Assembly (NCBI GenBank): GCA_964016885.1
Contig: OZ024742.1
Coordinates: forward strand, 147,560,001 to 147,624,000
Reading direction: 5' to 3'
Source: Eledone cirrhosa
Taxonomy: Eukaryota
Length of the DNA: 64,000 nucleotides
Part shown: positions 39,270-53,432 of the stretch, in pieces
Layout of the letters: each line of letters starts with the position of its first letter
How positions within the stretch are numbered: the stretch's first letter is position 1
The notes under the pieces: generated by a model
Told to the model about the DNA's origin: nothing
The model's input: the letters and a program-made list of their open reading frames with translations, nothing else
Databases searched by the model: none
Program-made: the position numbers and the translations under genes

Positions 39270-41192
39270 AATTTGGTGATCAATTTTTTTGCTGCCAACA
39301 AACTATTTGCAATGGCTTGGAAAACTGTCAACAAGGTCAGTGGTAGAAAACCATCTACCATATCTAAAATAAAGGCCAACAGTCAGGCAGTAAGGTTGAA
39401 TAAATGGAAAGACCACTTTAAAAGTCTATTGTGCAAGGAACAAAAATTGCAGATGCTGAGGTTGAACCCATTGTTGATCATCCACTTGACATCAAACTTG
39501 GTAACTTTACCATTGCAGAGTTTGAAACTGTATTGAAAAAGGTAAAAAGCAGTAAAGCAGCAGGCCTAGACAATATTCATCCCGAAGTATGGAAGACACA
39601 GAACTTTAACCCTTTAGCATTTAAACCGGCCATATCTTGCCAGAATTCTATCACCTTTTTCTGTTCAAACTGGCCATAACTGGCTTCTTATACCAATGTT
39701 AAGGTATTGTTCTCAAAATAAATAATAACATAATCAAAATCTTGTAGATTCGATATTATGTGAGATAAAGCCTTTACTGCAAAAATACAATAGTAGAGTA
39801 ATGTAAATGCTAAAGAGTTAATGGATCTCTGCAATGCCACCTACAATGGAGAACTTATAGAGAAATGGACTGAAGACTGCATACATCCTTTTCCAAAGAA
39901 AGGAGATCTAGGATTAGCTAAAAATTATAGGGGTATAACACTCACTTCTATTGCAGCTAAAATCTAGAACTCTCTTCTTCAAAACAGTATTGAGCCTGAA
40001 TTTGAAAACGTCCTGCGAAAAAATCAAAATGGTTTTAGGAAAAACAGATCCACTGTTGAACAAATTCTAACTGTCAGACAGATCATTAAAGGAGTCAGAG
40101 CTAAGAACTTAGAGGCTACTCTACTTTTTGTTGACCTCTCTAAGGCTTTCGATTCAGTATACAGAGGAAAAATGGAAAAGATCCTTCTGGCATATGGCAT
40201 TCTCACTGAAACAGTAAATGTTAATATGATGTTGTACAGAAACACTGAGTCTCTGGTGAGATCCTTTGATGGAGACACTGACTTTTTTGCTGTCTTGGCC
40301 GGAGTTCTTCAGGGTGATACATTAGACCCCATTCTATTTGTTATTACCCTGGATTATGTTCCGGTAAACATCTCTTGATAAACATAATGAATTGGGCTTT
40401 GCCTTGTCTCCAAGGTTATCCAAACATCATCCTAGGAAAATATTGACTGATGTCGATTATGCAGATGATCTAGCTGTGGTTGCTGACAGAATGGCAAATG
40501 TACAAGCCTTGCCTCAGCTTCTTGAGAAAGCTGCAAATGACGTTGGACTCTTTGTGAATGCTTGAAAACAGAGTTAATTGGCTTCAATTAGTGAGGCTCT
40601 ATTGACACACTCACTGGAGAATCTATCAAATCTGTTGAGAAATTCACATATCTTGGTAGTGAAATCAATTCAACTGAAAAGTATATGAAAATCAGAATAG
40701 CTAATGCATGGACTGCCCTTAACAAGATGGACATAATCGGTAAATTTGATCTTCCAGACAACCTAAAACGCAGCTTTTTTCCGTGCCACTGTAGAATCGG
40801 TCTTGATGTATAGTGCCATTGCTTGGATACTGACCAAAAAACTAGAATCCAAGCTTCATAGAACTTATACATGAATGCTGAGGGCTGTACTTAATATCTC
40901 ATGGACACGGCATCCTACTAAAGAACTGCTCTATGATCCCATCCCTATATATCTGCAAACGAAGAATGAGATTTGCAGCACACTGCTGGCAAGCAAAGTA
41001 AGAACTTGTTAGTATTCTTTTGTTTTGGGCACCTAGCCGTGGTCAGAGGAAGGTTGGCTGACCGGCTTTAACTTACATCGACCAACAATGTAGAGACACA
41101 GGATGCTCCTTTAATGACGTCCCAACACTTGTGTTTGATCGTGACAGATGGTGTACTAGGCTTGTGAATGGCCAAGCAAGCTCGACCAGATG
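39270..41192 (+). mobile_element. Decayed LINE RT (RTE superclade; exact clade unresolved)
   Basis: KAAGLDNI, NYRGITL, NQNGFR, FVDLSKAFDS, GVLQGDTL, DYADDL and FTYLGS motifs, with stops and frameshifts. Confidence 0.85.
39610..39817. mobile_element. piggyBac-type MITE
   Basis: TTAA target duplication and TIR CCCTTTAGCATTTA / TAAATGCTAAAGAG. Interrupts the LINE. Confidence 0.85.
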
Positions 41193-41662
41193 ATATATAT
41201 ATATATACCTCAGCATGAGGTGAACTAGCCTGCTTTTAAATTCCCTTTCTGGCATATTTTGACAGTGGTATTTTGGTTATCGTGTTGAACTCTACTGAGG
41301 AACGACTCCAACCGTGACTAATCCCACTGAAAAGTTTCATGAAATAGTCTCTTTAAGACTATATAGAGCATTTGTAGTTTTTCCAAATTGAAGGATGAGT
41401 ATTTAACCTTTATTTTATTCTGAGTTAAGACTCTATTGGTTTTTTCCCTGGATTTCACAAAATCTGTGGATAAAATCTCTGTCTTGATTTTTTTTTAATT
41501 GAGTTTGAATTATTTTCCCATATCTTACGTTAATTATTTTCCATTTTGAAGTTATAGTCACTTATATATTATGAAATACTGTTGGCTTCTTGCTCACATT
41601 AATTTCTCTATTTTCATTTATATATATATATATATATATACATAGATAAATAGATAGATATA

Positions 41663-44600
41663 TTTCTTTATTTGCCACAAGGGTGCACAAGAAAAGGGGA
41701 CAATACACAGACACATGCCGGGGATTTTACATATAGTCGTGTAAAAATATTGAAACAAACAATTATAACAATCGAAATCCCCAATAGGGAATAGGCACCA
41801 CAAATGGGTTGTTTAATACCCCGTCGATAGAACAACCCTCAACTGCAGGAGCGTGCTGTGAAAGTGCTCCTTTCTTCCTTTTGCTCTCTTCTTTAACCTA
41901 CAGGCTTATAAACAGAGAAGGCCCAATCACTCGGGGCATTTTCGATGCATTCACCCACCTTTCAGTAAATTTACTGGGGTGCAGTGCCTCTCTCTCCACT
42001 CTGATTCTCCTTCTAAAGCGATAATTAAAGAAAGGAAGCAATTGTTGTCCAGAGAAAAGGGCATCTGTCCTCAGTCTTCTCAATCTCGTCCACCATAGCC
42101 ACTGTATAGAGGAAAACCACCTCTCTTTCGTTTTTAAAGGAGGTTGGCGGTTTGAGACTTAGTATGGACTCAGCAGTCAACTGGATTTGTCCCATATGTG
42201 ACAGCAGTTGTTCTGCATAGTTCCACAGGCCGCTTACGCCCGAGCAGTGTACAATTGCGTGCAAGACGGTTTCAATGTCCTGCTCGCATCTTGGACACGC
42301 CCTCTTGGAAGGATCCCTGCCGGGGCGTCCGTGCCTGTAGATCTTGTCTCGAATGGGTAGAGCTCCTCGGTAGCACTGCCAGGCCAGGGACCTCTGGAAG
42401 TTGTCCATAGGTCCCGGGCGGAAAGTCCTACCAAACAGACTGGTGAGCTCGTCATCTTTGACGCCTAGAGTCTCCCCGAGCACGTCGTCGCACTTGTAAA
42501 GTACTAACTCTCTATAGAATGTCGAAGTGGAGCCTCCACTGATTGCTGTGCCCGCTTGCCAGACGACTGTGAGTGCCTGGGCGCATTCAATGTGCCAGGC
42601 GCCCATCTTCTTCGGTCTTTGCTTGACCCAGGACTGCAGCTCCGTCAGCGAGACAAGTTGTAGGAAGGCCTGTCTCACAAACGGTGCCCACACCGGTTGG
42701 TCGGTGAGGAATACCTGGAGATGTCGTAGCCTCAGCGCATGTTTGCGCATCATTAGCCACGGCATGCCCAGCCCTCCGTTGGAAGGGTGTTGACAGCAGA
42801 CAGATCTCCTCACTAGTGGAGCCTGCTTCTTCCACAGGAACTGGAAGAGCATGCATTCCATCTTGGTGAGGTATTCACGGGGACAAGGCATGACAGTCAA
42901 GCGGTAGTAGATGACAGACGCTATAAAAGTGTTCGCCGCCTCCGCTCGACCTTTCAAGGACAGTTTGCACTCTGCCCACTTCTGGGTGAGCGTAAATACC
43001 TTGGCCATGACCTCGTTCCAGTTTTTCTCCACCGAACCAGACTCCGAGCAATTTCACCGGTCCTTCGTCCAGCGTCCGACGACGCTGTCAGACGGCATTG
43101 GTTTGCCTCTATACATTCCGAGTTACAAACCGACAGACTTGTCCAGGTTCAGTTCTGTGAACCTTTCATATTCCTGTAGTAGATTGCCGATTACCTCGAT
43201 TCCGAGGTTTTCAACACCATTACTGTCACGTTGTCGGCATAACCCGACGCCACTTTTCGCCGTCCCGGTTCTAAAGGGATGCCCTGCAAAAGCTCCAACT
43301 TCCGCAGTAGTGGCTCTAGAGTCAATACGTACAGAATGGAGGAGAGAGGGCATCCCTGTTGAATGGAACGCGTGATTTCAAATGGCTCCGATAGGTAGCC
43401 GTTCACCTTGACCTTCGAGCAGATGCTGGTGTGCATCGCTTTGATCCAGCCTCTGAAACGGGACCGAAACCGGCCGCCTTGAGAACCGCTTCCAAGTATC
43501 GATGGTCGACTCTATCGAATGCCTTAGACTGATCTAAATTGATCAGAGCCCCACCAAAGCTGAGTTTACACCCCACCCTCTCTATGATGTATTGCATGAG
43601 GTGGAGGTTGTCGTGTATGGACCTGGTCGGGATTGCACACGTTTGCGCTTTCCCTACCAGGTTTTCGACGACAAGCGCCAGCCTTGTTGATAGCACCTTG
43701 GCCAAAATCTTTAACTCTGTGTTAAGTAGAGTTATGGGCCTGAAATTATTTATTTCGTCCCCCTTGTTCTCATCTTTCCTGATCAGCGTTACTACGCCCT
43801 TGCCTGCAGAACTGGGAATTGTCCCGTTCTGCTGCCAATTGCAGTAGATGGCTTCGAGGATGCCAGAGAACAAGTCCGGTATGCCTATGTAAAACTCATA
43901 GGGTAGACCATCTAGACCGGGTGATTTGCATTTCCTGCAGCAGCCCAGAGCGTCCCATATCTCAGTGGCTGTGATCGGTCTTTCGCAGAACTCGGCGTCC
44001 GTTCTCGAGAGATGCGGCAGGCTGTCAAGGTATGAACCAAAGTCCATTGCCCCGTTTGGTGCACCGTTGTGCTGCTCAAACAGTTGCGCAAAGTGCCGCT
44101 GAAAGGGGTTAAGTAGCATGCATCCGTTTTTGTCTTTCAAAGACCGAATCGTGGACTTGTTGCCACTTTTCGCTTCCGCCACTCGGGCCCAGCTAACAGC
44201 TTTTGCTCCCTCGTTTCCTAGAGCACGTGATTTACTTCTGACCACGCAGCCTTCGTGTTTCACGTTGAAGAACTGGTCCAGTGCCATTCTCGATGCTAGC
44301 ACTCTAGCTGCGTTGCCACTCCTAAGTGCCTCTTCTACCTTGGCTACCTACTAGTTCTGTTTCTGATTTGTTTTTCTCTAAAGCTAATTCTCTGCTAAAC
44401 CCTATCGATTCTACTCTAATTGATCTCTTGAGAGAGTACCACCATCTATTGTTGACAATGGCTCCTGTCAACTCTTGCTTAACTAATCTTCTTATCCGTT
44501 CACTGTAGGCTTTTCGTGCTGGCAACGACACGTTCAGCTTCCAGTATCCGGGTCCTTGTCATGTATTCTATCACGGTTGACTATGCAGACGACTAGTTTG

Positions 44601-47258
44601 TGATCTGAATAGGCAACCATGTTCATTTGTGGACAGCTTATCATCTTCTTGTCCTTCTCTCTAATGAAAAAAGTATCTAGGTACAATCTAGATGTCCCGC
44701 TGCGGTTTGCCCATGTCCACTTTGGTGCAGTCGGGAAATCTAGTCGATATCTATCGGCCAGTTGGAATTGGCCAATTAGATTTTTGAGGCTGTTGCACCC
44801 CCCCCCCCCCTCTACTGGGACATGCTCCCACATAGTCCCATCGTGCATCTAGGATACCATTCCAGTCTACCACTAAAAGCAAGGAGCGAGACGTTCCCAG
44901 AAAAGACTCCAGACGCTTAAAGAAGTCTGGCGGCAATTGTGATTGCCCAGTCAGGGCATAAACAGCCACCAGTCTGAAGGTTCCACCTCCAATACTATTC
45001 ACGTCTAGCACTACCAGTCTACCCTCCGGGTCCAAGTGTACTTGCTGTACTTCGAGATCGAGGTTTTTCCGAAACATGACAGTCACTCCCCCTCCACCTC
45101 CCGGCTGACAGAGAGATGCGTAGATCTCAAAGTCATTGAAGATGGGGGTTAGTTGCTGCCTGTTGTGGATCCTGGATCGCTGATGGCTATTACATCTATA
45201 CCGTGTAACCTAAGGTTGTTTAAAAGTTGGCCCTGTTTCCAGGGCATCCCTAGGCCACGCACATTCACGCTTCCAACTCGTAAGTCAGCCATGTTGGTGA
45301 AGGTGCACTTACCTTTTCGTTTCCTGGAGATCAGGTTGTTCAATCTCCATTTCAGTTCTGGTGGGGATGTTGAGTGGGGTGGTGAAACATTTCAACAGGA
45401 CACGATTTATTGGTTTTTGGCAGGGGTTGCCAACATCCTGTGAAAACTGTTCTTTCAATTTCTGATAGGTTTCTATCGAAACCCTTATTAGTTTTAGGTG
45501 TGGTTGAGAGTCTGCTTTGACAAAAGTTTTCCCCTCAGTTTCCACTTTGGGGTCCTGTGAGATGACCTCCATCAAATTTTTGTTGTTTGTGTTAATGTAT
45601 GTGTATTGTCATTTATTTTTTTGTTGTGTTGTTTTGGTTTTTTCATTTTGTAGTTTTCTTTTTATGTGGGCATTTGTGTTTGGGGTAGTGTTGGTGTTTG
45701 TTTTGCTGGTAGGGGGAGGGGATTTGATTGCGGTGGTGTTTGTGTTGTTGTTTGTGTTGGTGATTGTGTGTTTGTGTTGGTGATTGTTGTTTTTGTGGCT
45801 TTGCGGTGTCTCTTTTTTTGTTTTTTTTTTATTTACGAGGCTCTCCTTCATCTTCATTTGGGGATGGAGAAGTAGCCTCATCTGGTGATGAATCGTCATC
45901 AGGGGCGTGTAGGAGGGGTATGTTGTGTGGTGATGGTGTGTTTGTGTGTGTGATTGTGGTAGTGTTGGATGGAGTGGGATAGGGTGTGACTGTGTTTTGC
46001 AGGGGAATTGTTTGCGTTTTTTCTGTTGTTTGTGGTTGAACAGTTGTTCGTTTTTGTGTTTGCTTGTTTTGTGTATTGTTGTTGTTGTTGTGGTTTTGGA
46101 GTTGGTGTTGGTAAAAGTACTCTTTTTTATGGGGGGGGGGTCGTAAGAGGGGACAGGAGGCCTTTAAATGCGATGTGCTTGCGCATTTAAAACAATTTCT
46201 GTCGAAATCTGTATATAGTTTGTATTTTCTACTGGCACCCTTTCTGGTATCTTGGAAATTCTGTCCGGTTTCATTTGGACCAAAATTTCCAAGCTTGTGC
46301 CGTTCCAGGTGTTTCTTGTGGATTTTTGAATTGACAGTATTGTGTCTTCATCTTCCTCCAAGAACCCTGCCAGAATCCACCAGATGTTAATGTTGGATGG
46401 TATATTCGTAATGTTTATTCTTTGTGTTCTTTTTCCCATGTATGTAGGGAAAAATGTGTGTGCGACAGAGGTGACCGGGGTCACTGAGTATTTTTTCACA
46501 AGGGCCTCACTTTTGAAGAGCACCAAAATGGTTCCATATAGTTTAGCCCTTTGTATGTATTGTATTTCCGGCATTGCCTCTTTCAAGATGATTTCAATTT
46601 TGCCTTGAGTAAGGAAAGCCGGTTTTTTGTTTGTTTGTTTGAAATCGTGCGAAAAACCAGTCCTTCACATAGTGTCGGCTTTGATTTGTGTGGCGGAGAG
46701 GTGATTTTAAATCCCCCTTTTTCCTTGAAGGTAATATATTTTTTTTCTTCATTGATCATTTCCTTCGCATTGGAAATATCAATATTTGTAAAAGTTCCTT
46801 TGCTTATTGTCGCAAAAGATTTTTTATGGTTGGTGTTGTTGTTGTTGTCATTGTTGTCGTTGTTTTTGTTGTTCTCAATTGCTTGATTTGTGGTTGTGGA
46901 GTCCATTTGTGAAGTTGTGTTTTTTTCTTGTTCAATATTTTTTTGCGCCGTTTGTTTTTTCCATACTTTTGTTTTCATGTGATTTTTGTTGTCATAGTGA
47001 CATTCATTTCAACGCTCCCATTTCCACTTCTGGCGGGAAGTGCTTCAATTTTACCATTCATAGTTCTAAAACAATTTGTTATAAATTTTCGCCGCTGGGG
47101 GACGAAAATTTCAATGACCCACCCACTGACAATTTAGTTGAAGAGTCAATCTATACAGTAGTATATATTTTTTTTTTAAACAAAAACTTTTGTTTTTTAT
47201 AAGTAAAAAGACAAAAACTTACCAGCGCAACTGGTACACAACTTCCTCTATCTCAGAC
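41663..47258 (-). mobile_element. Near-full-length Tx1/L1-clade non-LTR retrotransposon, frameshifted
   Basis: ORF1 fragments 46978-45309. ORF2 runs from 45292 (VGSVNVRGL, SDHK; KSPGLDGLP, FRPITLLN, LDQSKAFDRV, QGCPLS, YADN; GGLG; CPRC..ETVLHAIVHC) to about 41898, followed by AATAAA. Confidence 0.92.
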
Positions 47259-47759
47259 AGATAGATGGATATAGATATATATGAATATACGTGAGTGCGT
47301 ATGTGTGGTGGGCTTCTACATATCATTGGTCAACCAGAGACTATGGTGGAAAATACTTGCCCAAGGGCCCACACAACAGGACTGAACCCAGAATCACATG
47401 GCTATGAAATGAACTATTTATTTACATAGTCATGCCAGCACCTGTGAATATTCTGAAAACGTTTTATTTAAAATATTCCTGTGGTAAATTATCTCATGTG
47501 TTCTACTTCCCATTGGACAAATTCTACTTTTGACTAAAAAATGGGATAATGTTTGCATATTCAGTTTACATAAAGCTTTAAGTTCACTGTTAGCTTCATA
47601 CCTTCTGCAAGTTACATTTCTAGCAGAGTTAGCTTAAACTGTTTGTTGTCATCATTCATTTATTTCTGCTATCCTCAGAGTACATTTTCATTTGGCAACA
47701 TAGGACTTTATAAGTGTGGAGCATTTTTTCTGTGGCAATACTGCTGGAAGCACAATAGC

Positions 47760-49755
47760 TCCAAAGCATATCGAAGTTATCGAACCTCATCAAGGTTTCT
47801 TCATACTCAGCAACTACCTGTCTGTTCCTAAGCTTCTGTATCTGCTCAGGGTCAGCCCTTCTCACAGATTTCCGTCCTGCCTCCAATGCTTTGACGACCT
47901 AATCTTCAAGAGACTCAAGTGCCTGGTCAATGTTAGACTCTCTCCAGAGTCCCGCGATCAGGTTGCGTTGCCCAAGTGATTTGGGGGTCTTGATCTTTGT
48001 AAGTGTTCGTCCCTCTCTCTCCCCTGCTTCCTTTCCTCCACCCATGCTTGCTCCACCCTGGTGAGCAGCATCATCCCCTCCTCTCCAACATGGACTTGTT
48101 CCAACAGGGAGTTGGGTGAAGCTCTCCAGCGATGGAGTGAATTGGGCTTGTCTCTTCCTGAGAAGGTGGAGGACAGTCGAAGTCAGAGAGCTTGGGACAG
48201 CATAAGTTCGAAGGCCACCTTCGACTCCCTCTTCGACCAGTCAGATCAGTTTGCAAGGTGCCGCTTACTATCTGCCAGCGCCAAATACTCAGGCGACTGG
48301 GTCGATGCCCTACCCGTGGTCTACTCAGCCTGGACGAACTTTGTGTCTCCATCGCCCTCAGAGTGGGAGCTGATGTCTGCCTGGGTTTGAGGTGCCGATG
48401 CGGCAAACTCCTCAATTCCACAGGCCTCCACGGTCTTTCTTGCCGTTGAATGCCGGCCGCTTCATGCGTCACACGGAGCTAAACCTCATTCTCAAGAGAG
48501 CTTTGGCCCGGGCGAACATCCCCTCAATCTTAGAACCATCTGGTTTGTCCAGAAGTGACGGCAAAAGACCTGACGGCCTTACATGGGCCCCTGGTCGAGA
48601 AGCAGGTGCCTTGTCTGGGACGTCACTGTTAGTGACTCTTTTGCTCCGCTGGATGTGTAACAGTAATATACGTGAACGGCAAAGCATAAACGAACTAAGG
48701 AAAAAAAAAAAAAATTAGAAATAAGAGGGATCAGATGTTGTTTACTCGAGAGAAGGCTACGTTGGTATGGTCACGTGATGCGCATGAAAGTCGATAGCTG
48801 TATAACAAAGTGCAGGGCAATAAAGATAGACGGTAGCCACGGAGTAGGCAGACCCAGAAAAACCTGGGACGAGCTGATAAACTCCGACCTCACACACTTA
48901 CACCTCTCCAAGACAATGTCACTGGACTGAGACCTTTGGCGGTACTCAGTAATACCTAAATACATAGTAAAACCTACTACAGTCAGTAGGCATCTCTAAC
49001 AAAATACACCCCCCGTCCCACCACCCCCACCCCATCCACACCGCCCCCTTCTATGTAAAGTTATGTTGGTGCCACACCATCCAGGCCGAAACAAATGAGA
49101 TCGTGTAGGTGTCACGACAAAAAAACACACAGTCCACGCTGTAATGTGGCCGTGTAGGCAACACGGTAAAAACCTCCCAGCCCCACACTGTAAATGTGGT
49201 TGGTGTTAGGAAGGGCATCCAGCTGTAGAAAACCTGCCAGACAGTCCTATGCGAGCAAGACAATCACTCTTGCCTCAAGTGGGAAAACCCCCGTCCAAAC
49301 CCATGCAAGCGTGGAACACGGACGTTAAACGTTGATGATGATGATGATGATGATTTGCTCTTTTCCACATCCTGGATGCTGCGGTTAGGACGAGAGTCAC
49401 AGCTTCCGCAGCCGAGCGGCGTAAGACCCTCAAATACTCTATGTCGGCCAGCTACATTTTTCAGCCTGTGGCTTTCGAAACGTTTGGGGGAGTCGGGCCG
49501 CTGACTGTGAGGTTCCTCTCTTCACTGGCGGCTCGCCTAATAGAGGTAACTGGCGAATCTCGCAAGAGCACTTGGTTGTTCCAGCGCATTAGCCTCACCA
49601 TCACCCAAGGCAACGCTGCGAGTGTGCTGGCTTGCCTCAAAAATCATTAGAGAGGTTGCCCAGTACTGCTCGCTGCTGTCTTTTGCTCTGGTGTTGGCTC
49701 GGTTGTTCACCCCTTCCTTTACATTTTCTTCAATATTGTAACATTAAAAGAATAT
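47760..49755 (+). mobile_element. CRE-clade RLE non-LTR retrotransposon, 3' portion
   Basis: PKLLYLLR, LP..GGL, CRC..HGLSC knuckle, RHTELN, EPSGLSRSDGKRPDG, PVAFETFG and FQRISL..GNA motifs. Confidence 0.85.
48647..49353 (+). mobile_element. RTE 3' fragment nested in the CRE endonuclease
   Basis: RRLRWYGHVMR motif, (GAT)n tail, and TSD TTTGCTC at 48640-48646 and 49354-49360. Confidence 0.9.
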
Positions 49756-50886
49756 ATCTTTCTGAAAGAATGGCGAGCAATTTATAATGTTATCTAAGCA
49801 TTTGTAATGTTATTTATGTATATATTTAAAACATATTTGTTATGTTATTCTACTGTAAATTTATTTATAATAAAGTAACTTAAGCTACAGAAAACTGAAG
49901 AAATATCACTTTAAATGGATATGTGTGTGTATGAGGGGGGCGGGGGCATGTATGTATGCGTTTATGTAGTGTATAACGGTAACAACACGAACCAGCCGAT
50001 GAAAGGTTGTCACGTTCGCTCATTCTATCAATCTGACGTGCAGAACCCCAGGTAGATGTTGCCTTATGGTCCCAGCGTTATTACGAAATTAGCAAGTAAG
50101 AAGTGTAGAAAGAGCCATTCTAGCTTGCTGGGTTTGTTCTTACAGGAGGGGGGGGACTTTTAACTTATGTCACCGGTATCGTTAAAGCGAGGGAAACATT
50201 ATCAACAACACCGCCTTATTATCTTTATAACTTTAATTTATCTAATTGAATCGTGTGTAGTCATTACCTCATGTTAAACGTTAACGTTTGTGGATAACAT
50301 ACAGTGATTTATATGTTTAAAGGTTGGTCTTCCATCAAATCTATGATTCATTTCTTCACAAACTTACTCTACATCGTAAATTCGTTATGTTGCATTTTAC
50401 AAGGAGGTTTTAATCACCAAAATGACAGTTTTATTTTAATATGAACAATGAGTTTTTACGTTTCTGGGCCTTCATTAATTTATATCCGTATTTATTAGGA
50501 CCACTCTCGCACACACACATATATATATGTATTCCTCTGACATCGGTTTTACACTACTGTCACATCCTTTTCTTTCGTTACAGCAGTGCTGACCATTCCG
50601 TTACAACGTTTAGTAGAACAGATTTCAACAGATCCTCTGTTATCAGTAATTTATGGGAGCTCTTTATTCTAGCCTACGTAACATCCATTAACCATATCTA
50701 CAAGTTTTTATCTACTAATATATATGCCACCTGGAGAGGACACAAACAACATTCATGTTAGTGATAAGTAGAATATATATCTTCCTTGCACATTCCCACA
50801 CAAACAGAGTTTCAGGATACCCAAGACAAGAAGCTAAACCATTATATATATATATATTGAGAAACATCAGCTTTTAAAGAATTAAT

Positions 50887-51750
50887 ATGGAGGATGTTAA
50901 ACACTTGGACACTTCTAACACGCCTGTTTTTACTAATACAGATACAGCTAGGCGGAATTTCAGATGTAAGAAGCCCTTACGTGAAAAATGTCAATGTACA
51001 ATATGTGGAAAATCTTTTTCTGAGAATTCTAAGCTTACAATTCACATACGTAGTCACACTGGCGAAAAGCCATACAGGTGTGAAATATGTGGGAAGTCAT
51101 TTATCACAAATGGCCATTTAACTATACACAAAAGAATTCACACTGGAGAGAAAATGTGTCACTGTGAAATATGTGGAAAATCTTTCACTCAGCAATCCAG
51201 TCTTATAGTTCACAAAGCAGTACACACTGGAGAAAAACCATTCCTCTGCGAAATATGTGGCAAATCTTTCTCTGTTAAATCAACTCTTATAGTTCACAAA
51301 AGAATACACACAGGAGAAAAACCATGTCATTGTGAAATATGTGGAAAATATTTTGTCTATAACAGTAATTTAACAAAACACAGAAGAATACATACTGGGG
51401 AAAAACCGTTTCACTGCGAAATATGTGGGAAATCTTTCATTGAAAATTCGAAGCTTACAGTTCATAAACGTAGTCATACAGGAGAAAAACCCCACCGCTG
51501 TGAAATATGTGGGAAATCTTTTGTTTCTAACAGTGATTTAACAACACACAAAAGAATACACACTGGAGAAAAACCTTTCCATTGTGAAATATGTGGTAAA
51601 TCATACATTCAAAATTCTCATCTTGAAGTTCACAAACGTAGCCACACTGAAGAAAAACCATATCATTGTGAAATATGTGGAAAATCTTTTATCAGTAGTA
51701 GTGTCTTAAAAAGACATGAACGAATACATGCTAGGGTGAAAGTCCTTTAA
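50887..51750 (+). CDS. Tandem C2H2 zinc-finger protein (9 fingers, 287 aa)
   Basis: Intact ORF with repeated CxxC-12-HxxxH and TGEKP linkers. Possible splice acceptor near 50807. Confidence 0.92.
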   Translation: MEDVKHLDTSNTPVFTNTDTARRNFRCKKPLREKCQCTICGKSFSENSKLTIHIRSHTGEKPYRCEICGKSFITNGHLTIHKRIHTGEKMCHCEICGKSFTQQSSLIVHKAVHTGEKPFLCEICGKSFSVKSTLIVHKRIHTGEKPCHCEICGKYFVYNSNLTKHRRIHTGEKPFHCEICGKSFIENSKLTVHKRSHTGEKPHRCEICGKSFVSNSDLTTHKRIHTGEKPFHCEICGKSYIQNSHLEVHKRSHTEEKPYHCEICGKSFISSSVLKRHERIHARVKVL

Positions 51751-53261
51751 CTGTGAAACCTGTGATATTGTTCTCTTGTAAATCTTATTGTCCAGTAACA
51801 TGAACACATTGGAGAACATTTAACATGGTGAAATGTTAGAGACCATTCTCTTTGAATTCTCATCTTGAGATCGACAAATGTGCTCTTGTTTGAAAGAAAT
51901 TATTTCGCTAAAATATTAAATGAATACACATCATCTATTTTCCATTCTTGCATGGGTTAGACATGCTGTCATGTTAATGAAGCCAAATAAATCGGGTGAA
52001 CTCATGTTGCTCATACACTCTATACCAACCACCTTACTATATAGACTGGGAGCTTCTTTTGTGGAACCAGCATTACTATCTTGTGTATGGAAAGACTTTC
52101 TTGATATCAGAACTGCCACCTTACAGGGTGGACTGGGTGCTTTTTTTTTCATGGCATATACATACATACACATATATACATGCATGTGCATATTTATTAT
52201 AAATCAAACACACTGGACAAAAAAGCTATATCAATGTAAAATATGTGTAGAATGATTCAGTGTTAAGTGAGTCTACATTTCTAATACACACGACAGAAAC
52301 TACCTCAATATGAAATATTTTGAAGATTATTTAATGTGAAAGCGCTCTCTTTAAAAGTCAATGGTTATTTTGTACCATCATCATCATCATACATCTATGT
52401 TCCATGCTTGCATGGCTTGACAGTTAGGTCAGACAACTGTTTCTTGCTCTTACATTCCATTTTGGCATGGTTTCTCTTGGTGGACACTGGTCTTAATGCC
52501 AACCACTTCATGACACCTCCACTACCACATAGCATTGTGGACTGCAAATAAATACATAGAACAATTTTAAATTATTTTCAGCAAATTAGTAACATCATTA
52601 TCATCGCCGTTTAACGCCCTTTTTTCCATGCTGGCATGGGTTAGATGAGTTGTCTTGTGAGCAATGCCAGGTCAGGTGACCATGTCCTGCTTCTACAGAA
52701 CTAATTTTGGCTTGGTTTCTGCAGCTGCATGTCCTTGCTAATCCCAACCACATTTACAGTGAGTACTGGGTGCTTTTTGTTGTAACACCTACACAACCAC
52801 TTTACAGTGTGGGCTGGGTGCTTTTTGTTGTGACACCTACACACTTTACAGTGTGGACTGGAGACTTTACTAGATGTATGCTTCAGCCTGTCCTCATGGG
52901 AGATGTATTGGTGGTGCATAGTATATATATATATGCTTTAGCTTCAGCCTGTGTGGATGTTAGATATTGCTTTGAGAAACCCCTGGAATCGTATCACATT
53001 TTTGTGATAAGGTAGCAAATTGGTAGCGTCAATAGACTGTTGAATTAAATGCTTCTGTATTTATTTCAACTTTCTGTGCTTTGAGTTTAAATCCCACCAA
53101 GGTCAACCTTGACTTTCATCCTTTCAGGGTAGGTAAATAAAGTACCAGTCCATTGGTTAAAGATTTGTTGAAGAGTTGAGCAGGATGCTTTGTGGTATCT
53201 GTTTCACATGTATAATGTAATAAACACAATTATGTAAACATAACATGTCTTAACGTTATTT

Positions 53262-53305
<44 letters not shown>

Positions 53306-53396
53306 TGTATGTAAAAGGTAAACAAGTAACAAAACAAACAACACAGTACATAGAAAGAATATATTAGTTTAACACTTGAAATAGCAGGAAGAGAGT

Positions 53397-53432
53397 CTTA
53401 GCGTTTTGGATGCTAGTCCTTCATCAGAAGAG
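53397..53432 (-). ncRNA. Degenerate hammerhead (paralog of 1097-1132)
   Basis: CTGATGA is retained but GAAAC is changed to AAAAC and the triplet is altered, so it is probably inactive. Confidence 0.5.

Noticed and set aside
41290-41350. CTGAGGA...GAAA motif
   Set aside because: No supportable stems II or III.
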